A DNA stretch of 64,000 bases from Patescibacteria group bacterium (GCA_034660175.1 JAYEIQ010000004.1:4152-68151); one strand, 5' to 3'. Shown: positions 27,426-37,266, numbered from the stretch's first letter. Notes: a model not told the origin generated them from the sequence alone. A program made the numbers and translations.

Positions 27426-28536
27426 ATGACCTTTGACGAACTGAAGAAAAATACAAAGCAATTGAAAAATAAAACCCGCACTTTAGCGGACTGTCTTTGA
27501 CTGGGACGAAAAGAAAACAAAACTTGAGCAGTTGGAAAAACAAACGGGAGAAGGGGGTTTCTGGAATGACTATGAAAAGGCTGGCAAAATTTCCAAAGAA
27601 ATTGAATCTCTCAAAAAAGAAATTAAGTCTTGGGAGGGACTCAGTGCTCAAGTTGATGATCTGGAGAAGTTTGTGGGAGAGATCTATGCTGAAGATGCAG
27701 AAGAGATCGATTTGGCTAGTCAGCAAATCTTTGAAACTCAGCAGCAGTTTGATGTTCTTGAAAAGCAAACGCTTTTTTCTGAGCTACATGACAGAAATGA
27801 TGCAGTGCTTTCAATCCATGCAGGTGCAGGAGGAGATGATGCCCAAGATTGGGCAGGAATGCTTTTGAGAATGTTCTTGCGTTTTGCTGAGCGGAAGGAT
27901 TTTGGTGCAAAGATCATCAGCGAATCAAAGGGGGCTGAAGCTGGGATTAAAAGTGCAACAATCGAAATTTCTGGCAATTTGGCATTTGGAAATTTGCGAT
28001 CTGAAGCTGGAGTGCACAGATTGATTCGTCTTTCACCTTTTAATTCTGACAATTTGCGACAAACATCTTTTGCTCTGGTTGAAGTGATTCCTCTGTTGGA
28101 AGGAAATGATGAGATCGAAATTTCTCCAGCTGATTTGAAGATTGATACATATCGTTCAAGCGGAGCGGGAGGGCAAAGCGTGAACACGACTGACAGTGCT
28201 GTGCGTGTCACTCATGGGCCAACTGGAATTGTGGTTACTTGTCAAAATGAACGCTCACAGCTTCAAAATAAGGAAAAGGCATTGGCGATTTTGCGTTCAA
28301 AACTGATTCAGAGGAAAGAGCAGGAAGAAATTGACGAAACAAAAAAATTGAAAGGAGAACACAAAAGCGCTGAGTGGGGAAATCAGATTAGGTCATATGT
28401 TTTGCATCCATACAAAATGGTGAAAGATCACAGAACCGGAAATCAAACATCAGATGTTGAAAATGTGTTGGATGGGGATTTGGAAGAATTTGTTGAGAGT
28501 TGGTTGCGTTTGCAACAAAAGGGAGTTGAGGGGTAA
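27426..28536 (+). CDS. prfB: peptide chain release factor 2, expressed via programmed +1 ribosomal frameshift
   Basis: frame 0 from ATG 27426: MTFDELKKNTKQLKNKTRTLADCL-TGA; +1 frame continues DWDEKKTKLEQLEKQTGEGGFWND... through GGQ-containing RF2 body to 28536; canonical CTT TGA C at 27495-27501. Confidence 0.9.
27495..27501 (+). promoter_or_regulatory. RF2 programmed +1 frameshift site CTT TGA C
   Basis: exact CUU-UGA-C autoregulatory motif at codon 24 of prfB. Confidence 0.8.
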
Positions 28537-28623
28537 TAATTTCATGAATGGACAGAAGGTGTAATAATGTTAAAATGTTAAAAGAAACAACAAAATAAAA
28601 AGTTATCAGATCCAAATAAAAAA

Positions 28624-29304
28624 ATGATCGTTTACGAAAATATTTCAAAAATATATCTAGGAAGTGCTCCAGCGCTGGAAAACATCAATCTCGAAATTCG
28701 TGAGGGCGAGTTTGTTTCTGCTGTTGGTCAATCTGGTGCTGGCAAATCAACGCTTCTGAAAATGCTCTATGCAGAGGAGGCGCCATCAACAGGAAACATC
28801 TATTTCCACAGGAAAAACATAGTCAATCTCAAGAACAAAGAGCTTCCATATCATCGTCGCAACATTGGAACTGTTTTTCAGGACTACAAACTGTTGCCAA
28901 AGAAAACTTTGTTTGAAAATGTTGCTTTTGCAATGGAAGTTGGGGGGAGAACGAACGAAGAGATTGATGAAGCTGTGCCACAAATTTTGGATATTGTCGG
29001 ACTTGGGAAAAAGACCGACAAATATCCGACAGAAGTTTCTGGTGGTGAGCAACAGCGAGCAGCTCTTGCTAGAGCTTTGGTGAACAAACCAAAGGTGCTT
29101 TTGGCTGATGAACCAACAGGAAATCTTGATCCAATTTCAACCTGGGAAATTGTTCAGTTGCTTTTAAAAATCAATGAATTTGGAACGACCGTGATTTTAG
29201 CAACACATGACAAGGGAATCGTGGATAAAATCTGTCGTCGAGTTATCGCAATGGACAGAGGAAAAGTTATTCGAGACGAAGAGAACGGAAGATACTGTAT
29301 TTGA
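28624..29304 (+). CDS. ftsE: cell division ABC ATPase FtsE
   Basis: Walker A GQSGAGKST, signature LSGGEQQRAALARAL, Walker B LLADEPTGNLD; followed by ftsX. Confidence 0.85.
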   Translation: MIVYENISKIYLGSAPALENINLEIREGEFVSAVGQSGAGKSTLLKMLYAEEAPSTGNIYFHRKNIVNLKNKELPYHRRNIGTVFQDYKLLPKKTLFENVAFAMEVGGRTNEEIDEAVPQILDIVGLGKKTDKYPTEVSGGEQQRAALARALVNKPKVLLADEPTGNLDPISTWEIVQLLLKINEFGTTVILATHDKGIVDKICRRVIAMDRGKVIRDEENGRYCI

Positions 29305-29340
29305 CCGATTTAAAAGTTAAAAGTTGAAAGAAAAACAAAA

Positions 29341-30279
29341 ATGTTTGTAAAACTAACTCGAACTTTCCGTGCTGGTGTTCAAAACTTTATTCGCAATGGG
29401 TGGTTGTCTATTGCAACTGTCAGTGTGATTGTGACTGCCATGTTCATTATCAATGTTCAAGTGGCGGTTGTGACGGCCAATGAACTTTTGCTCAAAGATG
29501 TGCAAGAAAGAGTGAACATCTCGGTCTATTTTAAAACTCAAACAGAGGAGAACAGAGTTCTTGAGGCGAAGAGAGAATTTGAAGTGATTTCCAATGTGAC
29601 CAAAGTGGTATATATTTCAAAAGAACAAGCACTTGAGAACTTCAAGGCAAGCACAAATGACAACGAGACAATTAGGAAGTCAATTGAAGAGCTGGGAACA
29701 AATCCTTTGGAATCAGTGCTAAATGTTAGCGCTACTGATCCTGATGAGTACGAAGCTATAGCAGGTCAAATTGATCGAAGTAGCTTTGCCGAAGATATTT
29801 CAAAAGTGAACTATCAAAAATATCGAGGAATTATCAACAGCTTGAATAAAGAAATCAAGTCAAATCAGAGAGTAGCTATTTTGCTCGGGTTGACTCTTTC
29901 GATTGTTGCGATTCTGATCACTTTCAACAGCATACGCATCAACATGTATTCTCATAGACAGGAGATCGAGATCATGCGATTGGTTGGTGCATCAAATAAT
30001 TATGTGAGATTGCCGTTTATTTTTGAAGGAATTTTCTATGGTTTTGCAGCTGCGGGCATTGCAGTTCCACTGGCGTTTTTCTATTTGAATTTTATTTCTA
30101 GTGGTGAGACCTCAAATTCAATCTTGCCATTTTCGAACACAAAGTTTATTCAGACGTTTCTCAATGATTATTTCATAAAAAATATTATCCTGATTGTTCT
30201 GGCACAATTCTTTCTGGGAATTTTTCTTGGTGTGGTCAGCAGTGCAATTGCAATCAGAAAGTATTTGAAGATCAGATAG
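29341..30279 (+). CDS. ftsX: cell division permease-like protein FtsX
   Basis: N-terminal TM, large extracytoplasmic loop, three C-terminal TMs; FtsX-like conserved region MRLVGASNNYVRLPFIFEG. Confidence 0.8.
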   Translation: MFVKLTRTFRAGVQNFIRNGWLSIATVSVIVTAMFIINVQVAVVTANELLLKDVQERVNISVYFKTQTEENRVLEAKREFEVISNVTKVVYISKEQALENFKASTNDNETIRKSIEELGTNPLESVLNVSATDPDEYEAIAGQIDRSSFAEDISKVNYQKYRGIINSLNKEIKSNQRVAILLGLTLSIVAILITFNSIRINMYSHRQEIEIMRLVGASNNYVRLPFIFEGIFYGFAAAGIAVPLAFFYLNFISSGETSNSILPFSNTKFIQTFLNDYFIKNIILIVLAQFFLGIFLGVVSSAIAIRKYLKIR

Positions 30280-30334
30280 GTTTACATGGAATTCTAGTTG
30301 TGATATAAAATGTTTGCACGAATATAAAGTATAA

Positions 30335-30685
30335 TTGATTAAATGTAGTTCAATGGGAATCAAAGATCTATTCAAAAAGAAAAAAGAAAGATCAGCTGAG
30401 GAAAAATATGAAGAAACATTGAAAGGTGGGGGAGCCGAGAAAGTGAGTGAAGCGCTTTCAAATGTTGACAAGTCCAAGTTGTCTTTCAAGGAAAAGATGG
30501 GAATGAAGATGTTTCAAAAGATGTCGCGTGAAAAACAAGAGGAAGTTTTGCGAAAGGCGATGAATCCAGCTGAGGTTCAGAAAAATAAAGACAAGATTTT
30601 GGCTCAGGTTGATGAAATGGTCAGAAGTGGACAGATCGACAAGGGTCAAGCAGAAGCAGTGAAGAGTAGAATGGGCTTGAGATAG
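30335..30685 (+). CDS. hypothetical small charged protein
   Basis: 116-aa K/E-rich ORF without recognisable domain. Confidence 0.3.
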   Translation: MIKCSSMGIKDLFKKKKERSAEEKYEETLKGGGAEKVSEALSNVDKSKLSFKEKMGMKMFQKMSREKQEEVLRKAMNPAEVQKNKDKILAQVDEMVRSGQIDKGQAEAVKSRMGLR

Positions 30686-30721
30686 TTCAAAACAAATTAT
30701 TCAAAACTTTTTTATAGAAAG

Positions 30722-30746
30722 GACCGGCAATTTGCCGGTTTTTTTG
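30722..30746 (+). terminator. intrinsic terminator
   Basis: ACCGGCAA/TTGCCGGT hairpin followed by TTTTTTT. Confidence 0.55.
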
Positions 30747-30795
30747 TTGAAATGTGGAAAAGCTTGATAAGTTGTGGATAAGTGGGATAACTAAA

Positions 30796-30832
30796 ACATG
30801 AAAAAGGCTTAGAAAAGCCTTTTTCATGTTTT
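30796..30832 (+). terminator. strong intrinsic terminator upstream of mraZ promoter
   Basis: 14-bp perfect stem CATGAAAAAGGCTT-agaa-AAGCCTTTTTCATG followed by TTTTT. Confidence 0.6.
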
Positions 30833-30854
30833 TGAGAAGAATGGGGCATTGTTA

Positions 30855-30883
30855 TTGACCGTGTCATCAAAGTGGAGTAGAAT
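30855..30883 (+). promoter_or_regulatory. sigma-70-type promoter of the dcw (mraZ) operon
   Basis: TTGACC - 17 bp - TAGAAT; overlapped/followed by AAGTGG direct repeats (30870-30907) consistent with a MraZ operator. Confidence 0.5.
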
Positions 30884-31040
30884 ATAACTGAAGTGGTGAA
30901 AAGTGGGGAAATCGCATCACATCATCTCTGCTGATTGTTTTTCTTACAGAGATGCGCAGGGGGCTCTGGGTTATTGACTCTGGCCCCCTCGTGTGAACTC
31001 AGAAGAGAAAGCTAAATTAATCCGCCAAAGAACAACGCAC

Positions 31041-31475
31041 ATGTTTATAGGCGAGTATCAACACATTCTCGATCAAAAGAAAAGGGTGGCAATACCATCC
31101 AAGTTTCGTTCAAAATTCAAGCGTGGAGCTGTTGTGACGAGAGGGTTGGATAATTGTCTTTTTATTTATACAAAAAGTGAATGGGAATCAATTGCATCAA
31201 AGCTTGGAAGCATGCCAGTGGGGGAGCGGAGCACGAGAAGTTTTGTGAGGTTGATGTTGGCGGGAGCTGTTGATGTTGGTCTAGATTCTCAAGGAAGAGT
31301 TTTGGTGCCGGAATATTTGAAAGACTATGCAAAGTTGTCGAAGAATGTTGTGATTGCTGGCTTGTTCAATCGTTTGGAGATGTGGGATGAGAATGCGTGG
31401 AACAAATACAAGCAATCCGCAGAGAAGAGTCAGGATGAGATTGCAGAGCAACTGGGAAAATTGGGGATGTACTAG
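31041..31475 (+). CDS. mraZ: transcriptional regulator MraZ
   Basis: MFIGEYQHILDQKKRVAIPSKFR... two tandem MraZ (SpoVT/AbrB-like) repeats; start chosen at MFIGEY (E. coli MraZ begins MFRGA); ORF track extends to GTG at 30993. Confidence 0.8.
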   Translation: MFIGEYQHILDQKKRVAIPSKFRSKFKRGAVVTRGLDNCLFIYTKSEWESIASKLGSMPVGERSTRSFVRLMLAGAVDVGLDSQGRVLVPEYLKDYAKLSKNVVIAGLFNRLEMWDENAWNKYKQSAEKSQDEIAEQLGKLGMY

Positions 31476-31593
31476 TGTAGCCTTGCTGGAATTTTAAATT
31501 TTTAATAAAGTTCAAATTGATTAATTTGAAATGTTGGAATGAGTTTTTGCTGGAGGTTTGGATTTGGAAATTGAGAATTAGAAATTAAAAGTA

Positions 31594-32532
31594 ATGCATA
31601 AATCTGTTTTGTTGGGGGAGACAATTCAGTTTCTTGATTTGAAAGATGGTGATGTTGTGGTTGACGCAACCGTTGGCTCTGGTGGACACACCAAAGAGCT
31701 TGCAAGAAAGGTTGGCGATAGTGGCAAAGTGATTTCAATTGATGTTGATCAAAGTGCGATTGATTTCGCAAAAAAAAGATTGACTGAGCAGGACAAAGAT
31801 TTGTTGAATCGAGTTGTTTTTGTGCACGACAATTTTTGCAATTTGGAAAAAATTGTTCAGCAAGAGGGACTTTCTGGCGTGAACGCAATTTTGGCAGATC
31901 TTGGTTGGAGGATTGAGCAGATTGAGGATCCAAAAAGAGGAATGAGTTTTTTGCGAGAAGCAAAACTTGACATGAGGTTGGATCAAGAAAGAAACAGCTT
32001 AACTGCTCATGAAATTGTCAACGAATGGAGTGAGAAGAAATTAAGGGACATTTTTTGGGGGTTTGGTGAGGAGAAAAATGCGAAAACAATTGTGGCAGAG
32101 ATTGTCAGAAAAAGAAAAGAAAAACAGATTGAAACAACAACGCAATTGGCAGAAATAGTTGAATCTAAATGTGTAGCAAGAAAAAAAGGCAGGTTGCATT
32201 GTGCAACAAAAGTTTTTCAGGCATTGCGAATTGCTGTGAATGATGAACTTGGAAATCTTGAAAAGTTTTTGACTCAGTCAGTTTCTGTTTTGGAGAAAAA
32301 GGGACGAATTGCAGTTATTTCGTTTCACTCACTTGAAGATCGAATTGTGAAGAAATTTTTTCAGACAAATGCTAGGGGATGTGTTTGTCCGAAAGAGTTT
32401 CCAGTGTGCATTTGTAAAGGTAAGAGCAAATTGAAGATCTTGATGAGAAAGCCCATTGTTGCAGGTGAGGATGAACTGAAACAAAACAAGCGATCAAGAA
32501 GTGCGAAATTGAGAGTTGCACAAAAAATTTGA
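31594..32532 (+). CDS. rsmH: 16S rRNA (cytosine1402-N4)-methyltransferase RsmH (MraW)
   Basis: LLGETIQFLDLKDGDVVVDATVGSGGHTKEL SAM motif; MraW family length; follows mraZ. Confidence 0.85.
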   Translation: MHKSVLLGETIQFLDLKDGDVVVDATVGSGGHTKELARKVGDSGKVISIDVDQSAIDFAKKRLTEQDKDLLNRVVFVHDNFCNLEKIVQQEGLSGVNAILADLGWRIEQIEDPKRGMSFLREAKLDMRLDQERNSLTAHEIVNEWSEKKLRDIFWGFGEEKNAKTIVAEIVRKRKEKQIETTTQLAEIVESKCVARKKGRLHCATKVFQALRIAVNDELGNLEKFLTQSVSVLEKKGRIAVISFHSLEDRIVKKFFQTNARGCVCPKEFPVCICKGKSKLKILMRKPIVAGEDELKQNKRSRSAKLRVAQKI

Positions 32533-32599
32533 AAAAAAGTTTCAAATAAAAAAACAAAAAGAAAATAAAAACTAAAAAGGTCTGGGGGCGGACAATTAA

Positions 32600-32959
32600 G
32601 TGGCGCTAAAATTGTGCATGACACAAGGGGGTGTCAGATGCAACAAAAGAACTGAGGCTGTGGCCGAAAAGCCAAAAAAGGTGAGCAAATTCACCATGGT
32701 TTGCGTGCTCATGTTTTTTGTTTTCTGTGCAGGAGTGATGTATATTTTTCAGGTGAACAGGCTAGCTACAATGGGATATGAGATCAAAAAAACAGAAAAA
32801 ACCATCGAGGATTTGAAGAGGCAAAACGAGTCATTAAAAATTGAGGTTGCGGAGTTGAAGTCAATGCACAATTTGGAATCTGATAAGGATAGGATGAACA
32901 TGAGGAAGCCTGACGAAATCGGATATATTGAGATTGATGAGTCTGTGGCAATGAAATAA
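32600..32959 (+). CDS. ftsL: FtsL-like cell division protein (single TM plus coiled coil)
   Basis: TM segment FTMVCVLMFFVFCAGVMYIF followed by heptad-like region TIEDLKRQNESLKIEVAELK; position between rsmH and ftsI. Confidence 0.45.
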   Translation: MALKLCMTQGGVRCNKRTEAVAEKPKKVSKFTMVCVLMFFVFCAGVMYIFQVNRLATMGYEIKKTEKTIEDLKRQNESLKIEVAELKSMHNLESDKDRMNMRKPDEIGYIEIDESVAMK

Positions 32960-33050
32960 ACTATTTCAGATATTTATGTAGTATTGGGGATTTACGTAAA
33001 TAATTACGTAAATGTTTTTTGTGTCTTTTTGTTATTGATTTACAAAACAA

Positions 33051-34925
33051 GTGTCTCCAAAAAAAACAAAAATCAGCAAGATAAATGGACAAGGTTGTGA
33101 GAACTGTCTTTCAAGGTTCAGGATATACACAACCATCTTCATGATCTTAATTTCCAGCGGTCTGGTTTTTTTTCGTCTCTATGCGCTTCAGGTGAGAGCA
33201 CATGATGAATATAAAAGCATTGCTTCAAATCAGCACAAATTCAAGCAAGAGATCTTGCCTGTCAGGGGAGAGATTTTCTTGCGAGAAAAGAACAATGAAT
33301 TTCCAGTCGCGGTCAATCGAGAGCTTATGACTGCTTTTGCCGTTCCGAAGGAAATAGAAGACCTCGAGCGTGCAACTGTTGTTGTGAGCGAAGCTTTAAG
33401 TCTTGACCAGAGCGAGGTTGCTAGAAAACTTTCAAAGAAGGATGATTTCTATGAAGTTCTGAAGCGAAAACTTTCCAATCATGAAGTTGAAAAAATTCGG
33501 CAGTTGAAAGAGAAGGGAATTTTTCTCGAGGGGGAGAATTGGAGATATTATCCCAGTGGGAGCTTGGCTTCTAATGTTGTTGGCTATGTTGGATATCAGG
33601 ACAAGGTTTTAGAGGGAATCTATGGTGTTGAACGATATTTTGAGGATGAGCTTCAGGGAAAATCAGGAATGCTGGAACAAGAGAGAGACACATTTGGAAG
33701 GTGGATTTCTGTTGGTTCAAAATCTGTCACTCCTGCGCGCGATGGAAGAAGTATTGTATTGACACTTAATCATGTTCTTCAGTTCAAGGCAGAGACTGTT
33801 TTGAAAAATGCCGTGAAAAGACACGGTGCAGACAGCGGAAAAATTGTCATTTCCGATCCATACAGTGGGCAAATTCTTGCATTGGCATCATTTCCAACAT
33901 TCAACCCAAATGAATATTCCGATGTTGAAAATGTGAGTGTTTTCCGCAATCCAATAGTTTCGGATGAATATGAATGTGGATCTGTTTTCAAAACAATAAC
34001 CATGGCCGCTGGTCTTGACACGGGGAAGGTAACACCAGAGACAACATATATTGATACAGGTCAAGTCGTTGAGGCTGGGTTCAAGATCAAGAATTCCGAT
34101 GAGAAGTCCTATGGAGAGCAGACCATGACCAACGTGATCGAAAAATCTCTCAACACCGGGGCGATTCATGTGGTTAGGGAAGTTGGAAATCAACAATTCA
34201 TTCGCTATGTGAAGGATTTTGGGTTTGGGAGTAAAAGTGGAATTGAGCTACCTGGGGAGATTTCTGGAAATATTTCAAATCTGAGAACAAACAGGGACAT
34301 TGAATTTTATACAGCGTCTTTTGGGCAGGGCATCACCGTGACTCCATTGCAATTGGTGATGGCATATGGAGCTATTGCAAATGGTGGCGAACTTCTCAAG
34401 TCGCATATTATATATTCCATTCAAAATTCTGCAGGGGAAGAGAAGAAATTTGAAAAAGAGGTTGAAAGAACTGTCATTTCAAGAGAAACTGCGAATCAGT
34501 TGACTTTGATGTTGGAAAGCAATGTTGTTGATGGTCACGGAAAACTTGCTGGAGTTCCTGGATATCGCGTTGCAGGAAAAACTGGAACGGCTCAGATCCC
34601 AGACAAGGAGAAGGGAGGATATCTTGAAAACGCAACGACTGGAACGTTTGCTGGTTTTGGTCCTGTTGAGAACCCTGTTTTTTCAATGGTTGTGATAATT
34701 GATTATCCTAAGGACGTTGAGTGGGCAGAGAGCACTGCGGCTCCAGTTTTCGGTGAAATGTCAAAGTTCATGTTTGATTATTATGGTATTGAGCCGACTC
34801 AGGAATACTCACAAAAGGATTTTGAGAAATTCACTCGAACACACAATTATTTGGCTGACAAAAAGGAGATTGAGGATGATGATGAGTTTGACAAAGAGGA
34901 GAATGAGGTTGAGGAAAACGACTAA
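33051..34925 (+). CDS. ftsI: peptidoglycan D,D-transpeptidase (class B PBP, FtsI-like)
   Basis: N-terminal TM, PBP dimerisation domain, transpeptidase motifs SVFKT (SxxK), SLN (SxN), KTGT; dcw position. Confidence 0.8.
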   Translation: MSPKKTKISKINGQGCENCLSRFRIYTTIFMILISSGLVFFRLYALQVRAHDEYKSIASNQHKFKQEILPVRGEIFLREKNNEFPVAVNRELMTAFAVPKEIEDLERATVVVSEALSLDQSEVARKLSKKDDFYEVLKRKLSNHEVEKIRQLKEKGIFLEGENWRYYPSGSLASNVVGYVGYQDKVLEGIYGVERYFEDELQGKSGMLEQERDTFGRWISVGSKSVTPARDGRSIVLTLNHVLQFKAETVLKNAVKRHGADSGKIVISDPYSGQILALASFPTFNPNEYSDVENVSVFRNPIVSDEYECGSVFKTITMAAGLDTGKVTPETTYIDTGQVVEAGFKIKNSDEKSYGEQTMTNVIEKSLNTGAIHVVREVGNQQFIRYVKDFGFGSKSGIELPGEISGNISNLRTNRDIEFYTASFGQGITVTPLQLVMAYGAIANGGELLKSHIIYSIQNSAGEEKKFEKEVERTVISRETANQLTLMLESNVVDGHGKLAGVPGYRVAGKTGTAQIPDKEKGGYLENATTGTFAGFGPVENPVFSMVVIIDYPKDVEWAESTAAPVFGEMSKFMFDYYGIEPTQEYSQKDFEKFTRTHNYLADKKEIEDDDEFDKEENEVEEND

Positions 34926-35007
34926 GCGGAAAAGGACCAAAGAACCATAAAAAACCGTAAATTAGCAAAAAACAGAAGTTTATTGTATTATAAAAATAAA
35001 GAAAATA

Positions 35008-36345
35008 ATGAAAAACATGGCTAAGTCAAGAAAACTGAGAATGTTGGAAATGATACTTCGATTTATGTCGAGCTCTATTTTGCGCAAATATAAACCAAAA
35101 GTGATTGCAATAACTGGAAGCGTGGGAAAAACGACAACCAAAGAAATGGTTTGGGAATTGTTATCCAACTATTACAGAACGCGCAAAAATGAGAAAAACT
35201 ATAACAACGAGATCGGTGTTCCATTGACGATTATTGGCTCGGAGTCAGGAGAAAGTTCTATCTTTGGTTGGTTGGCTGTTTTTTTCAAGTGGTTGTTTGT
35301 TATTGTTTTTCCGGTTAAATATCCAGAAATTCTTGTTCTGGAAATGGGGGCTGATAGGCCGGGAGATATAAAATATTTGTGCAGTTTCGTACCAATAGAC
35401 GTTGGCGTGATCACAAATATTGGTATTTCGCATCTTGAATATTTCAAAACAAAAAAAGCATTGGGCAAAGAAAAAGGAATTATTTTAAAAAGTGTTCCAG
35501 CACAGGGACTAGCTATTATGAATTATGATGACAAAGAGGTCAAAGCAATCCGTGAGCAGGTCAAAGCTAATGTGATCTCTTATGGTTTGGAGGAGGGTTG
35601 TCAGATGCAAGCAACTGACATTACCTATAGCTACAAGACATTCATGACAAATCACAAAGAAAAGATTGAGCTTGTCAAAGGTGTTCAATTCAAACTTAAT
35701 TATCGTGGAAAAATTATTCCTGTGAAATTAGGACATGCACTGGGATATCCTCAAGTGTATGCCAGTTTGATAGCTCTATCAGTTGGTGAGTATTTCAAGT
35801 TGAATTTGATCGAGGTTGTTCAGACTTTTGAGGATTTCTGTCCTCCTAAAGGGAGGATGGTTTTATTGGACGGAATTAAACACACAGCCATAGTTGATGA
35901 TACATATAATAGTGCTCCTGATAGTGTGGACGCATCACTCGAAACTCTTAAGAATATCAAAGTTAACAGGAAAATTGTTGTTCTAGGTGACATGTTGGAA
36001 TTGGGTGACGAAGAGGAGAGAGGACATCGACAAGTTGGTGAGGCTGTTGCCAGCGCGGAAGTGGACTATTTCGTGTCAGTTGGACAAAGAACGAAACATT
36101 CTGCTGATGAGTTTCGAAAAAAAGCGAGGAATAATGGTGCAGTGACAGAATTCAATACGCCAATGGAGGCAGGAATTTTTATTCAACATTTATTAGAAGA
36201 AGGCGATGTTGTTCTTGTCAAAGGTTCACAGGGTATGAGAATGGAGAAAGTTGTTGAAGAAATAATGGCAAAACCTAGCTTGAAACACAAATTGCTGGTT
36301 CGACAAGACAAGACTTGGCTGGAGAAGGAATTTATTCAACCCTAA
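35008..36345 (+). CDS. murF: UDP-N-acetylmuramoyl-tripeptide--D-alanyl-D-alanine ligase (MurF-like Mur ligase)
   Basis: P-loop IAITGSVGKTTTKEM; Mur ligase central and C-terminal domains; 445 aa. Confidence 0.7.
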   Translation: MKNMAKSRKLRMLEMILRFMSSSILRKYKPKVIAITGSVGKTTTKEMVWELLSNYYRTRKNEKNYNNEIGVPLTIIGSESGESSIFGWLAVFFKWLFVIVFPVKYPEILVLEMGADRPGDIKYLCSFVPIDVGVITNIGISHLEYFKTKKALGKEKGIILKSVPAQGLAIMNYDDKEVKAIREQVKANVISYGLEEGCQMQATDITYSYKTFMTNHKEKIELVKGVQFKLNYRGKIIPVKLGHALGYPQVYASLIALSVGEYFKLNLIEVVQTFEDFCPPKGRMVLLDGIKHTAIVDDTYNSAPDSVDASLETLKNIKVNRKIVVLGDMLELGDEEERGHRQVGEAVASAEVDYFVSVGQRTKHSADEFRKKARNNGAVTEFNTPMEAGIFIQHLLEEGDVVLVKGSQGMRMEKVVEEIMAKPSLKHKLLVRQDKTWLEKEFIQP

Positions 36346-36365
36346 AAATCTTTTCAAATAAAAGA

Positions 36366-36391
36366 GCCGCCTCTCGAAGAGGCGGTTTTTT
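36366..36391. terminator. bidirectional intrinsic terminator between murF and convergent gene
   Basis: CCGCCTC-tcgaa-GAGGCGG followed by TTTTTT. Confidence 0.7.
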
Positions 36392-36399
36392 GATCTGGA

Positions 36400-37266
36400 C
36401 TATTGATTTTCAGAAGGTTTTTCTTTGTGTGGTTGTTCAAAACTTCTCTTGAGCACTTGAAACTCATCAAGAGAATTATATGCACCTAATACGCCCATAT
36501 CATATAAGCGAACTGCTGCTCGAAAACTTCGAAGGGGATTGTCATCATAAACAATGATTCTTCTTGTTGGTAGTTCTCTCTTTCTCCTTTCCAGCTCTTC
36601 GAGAGGAATGTTAATGGCACTTGTGATGTGATTTTGGTCATAAAGATATTGCTGTCTTGTGTCTACAAAAGCAATCAATTCTCCATCCATGATCTTCTCT
36701 CCTATCTGCTGCGCATTCAATGTGGTGACTTTGGCAAGGTCTTGATTTGAGGTTGGGTTGCCTTTCGTGATCAGTGAATAGTCTTCTTGGGCATATTTAA
36801 CAATTCCACCTTCAAGGTATTTTGCTATTGCACCTTCTTTCTCAAGATGGGCAGCAAAAATTTTTCCTTCATTTCCTTCTCCTCTGTCGATTATAATTAT
36901 AATCTTTTCTTGATCAATCAAATGAACTTCCTCGTTAATCGATGACAGGGGAATGCTGATAGAAGACTCAATGTGCTTCAGCTCAAATTCTTCTGGTTGA
37001 CGAATGTCAACAAGCTGATAGGACTTATTCCTGATTGCTTTGAAGGTTTCTTTGGTTGAGGCATAAGAAACTTCAATTCCCACTTCTTTTTTTGATTCTT
37101 GTTCGATTTTTGCGCGAACATCTTCAATCTCCTTTTCTTTAATGTTTTTTTTGTATAAGAAGAAAGCCATTATGCTTGCAATCAAAGCGAAGCCAATAAT
37201 GATTGGTTTCAATGAAGGTGCATTCATGGAAGGTGGTTGTGGTTTTTTAAATTGATATTGTTGCAA
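36400..37266 (-). CDS. membrane-anchored tandem rhodanese-like domain protein (apparently lacking catalytic Cys)
   Basis: N-terminal TM; two rhodanese-like repeats (QLVDIRQPEEFELKHIESSISIPL; IAFVDTRQQYLYDQNHITSAINIPL) but no Cys at the CX5R loop positions. Confidence 0.5.
   Translation of the reverse strand: MQQYQFKKPQPPSMNAPSLKPIIIGFALIASIMAFFLYKKNIKEKEIEDVRAKIEQESKKEVGIEVSYASTKETFKAIRNKSYQLVDIRQPEEFELKHIESSISIPLSSINEEVHLIDQEKIIIIIDRGEGNEGKIFAAHLEKEGAIAKYLEGGIVKYAQEDYSLITKGNPTSNQDLAKVTTLNAQQIGEKIMDGELIAFVDTRQQYLYDQNHITSAINIPLEELERRKRELPTRRIIVYDDNPLRSFRAAVRLYDMGVLGAYNSLDEFQVLKRSFEQPHKEKPSENQ

Noticed and set aside
30771-30791. TGTGGATAA / GTGGGATAA look like DnaA boxes (TTATCCACA reverse complement), raising the idea of oriC
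   Set aside because: Only two copies, no AT-rich unwinding element or dnaA/dnaN nearby. They fit better as part of the GTGG direct-repeat series of the mraZ promoter (MraZ operator-like).
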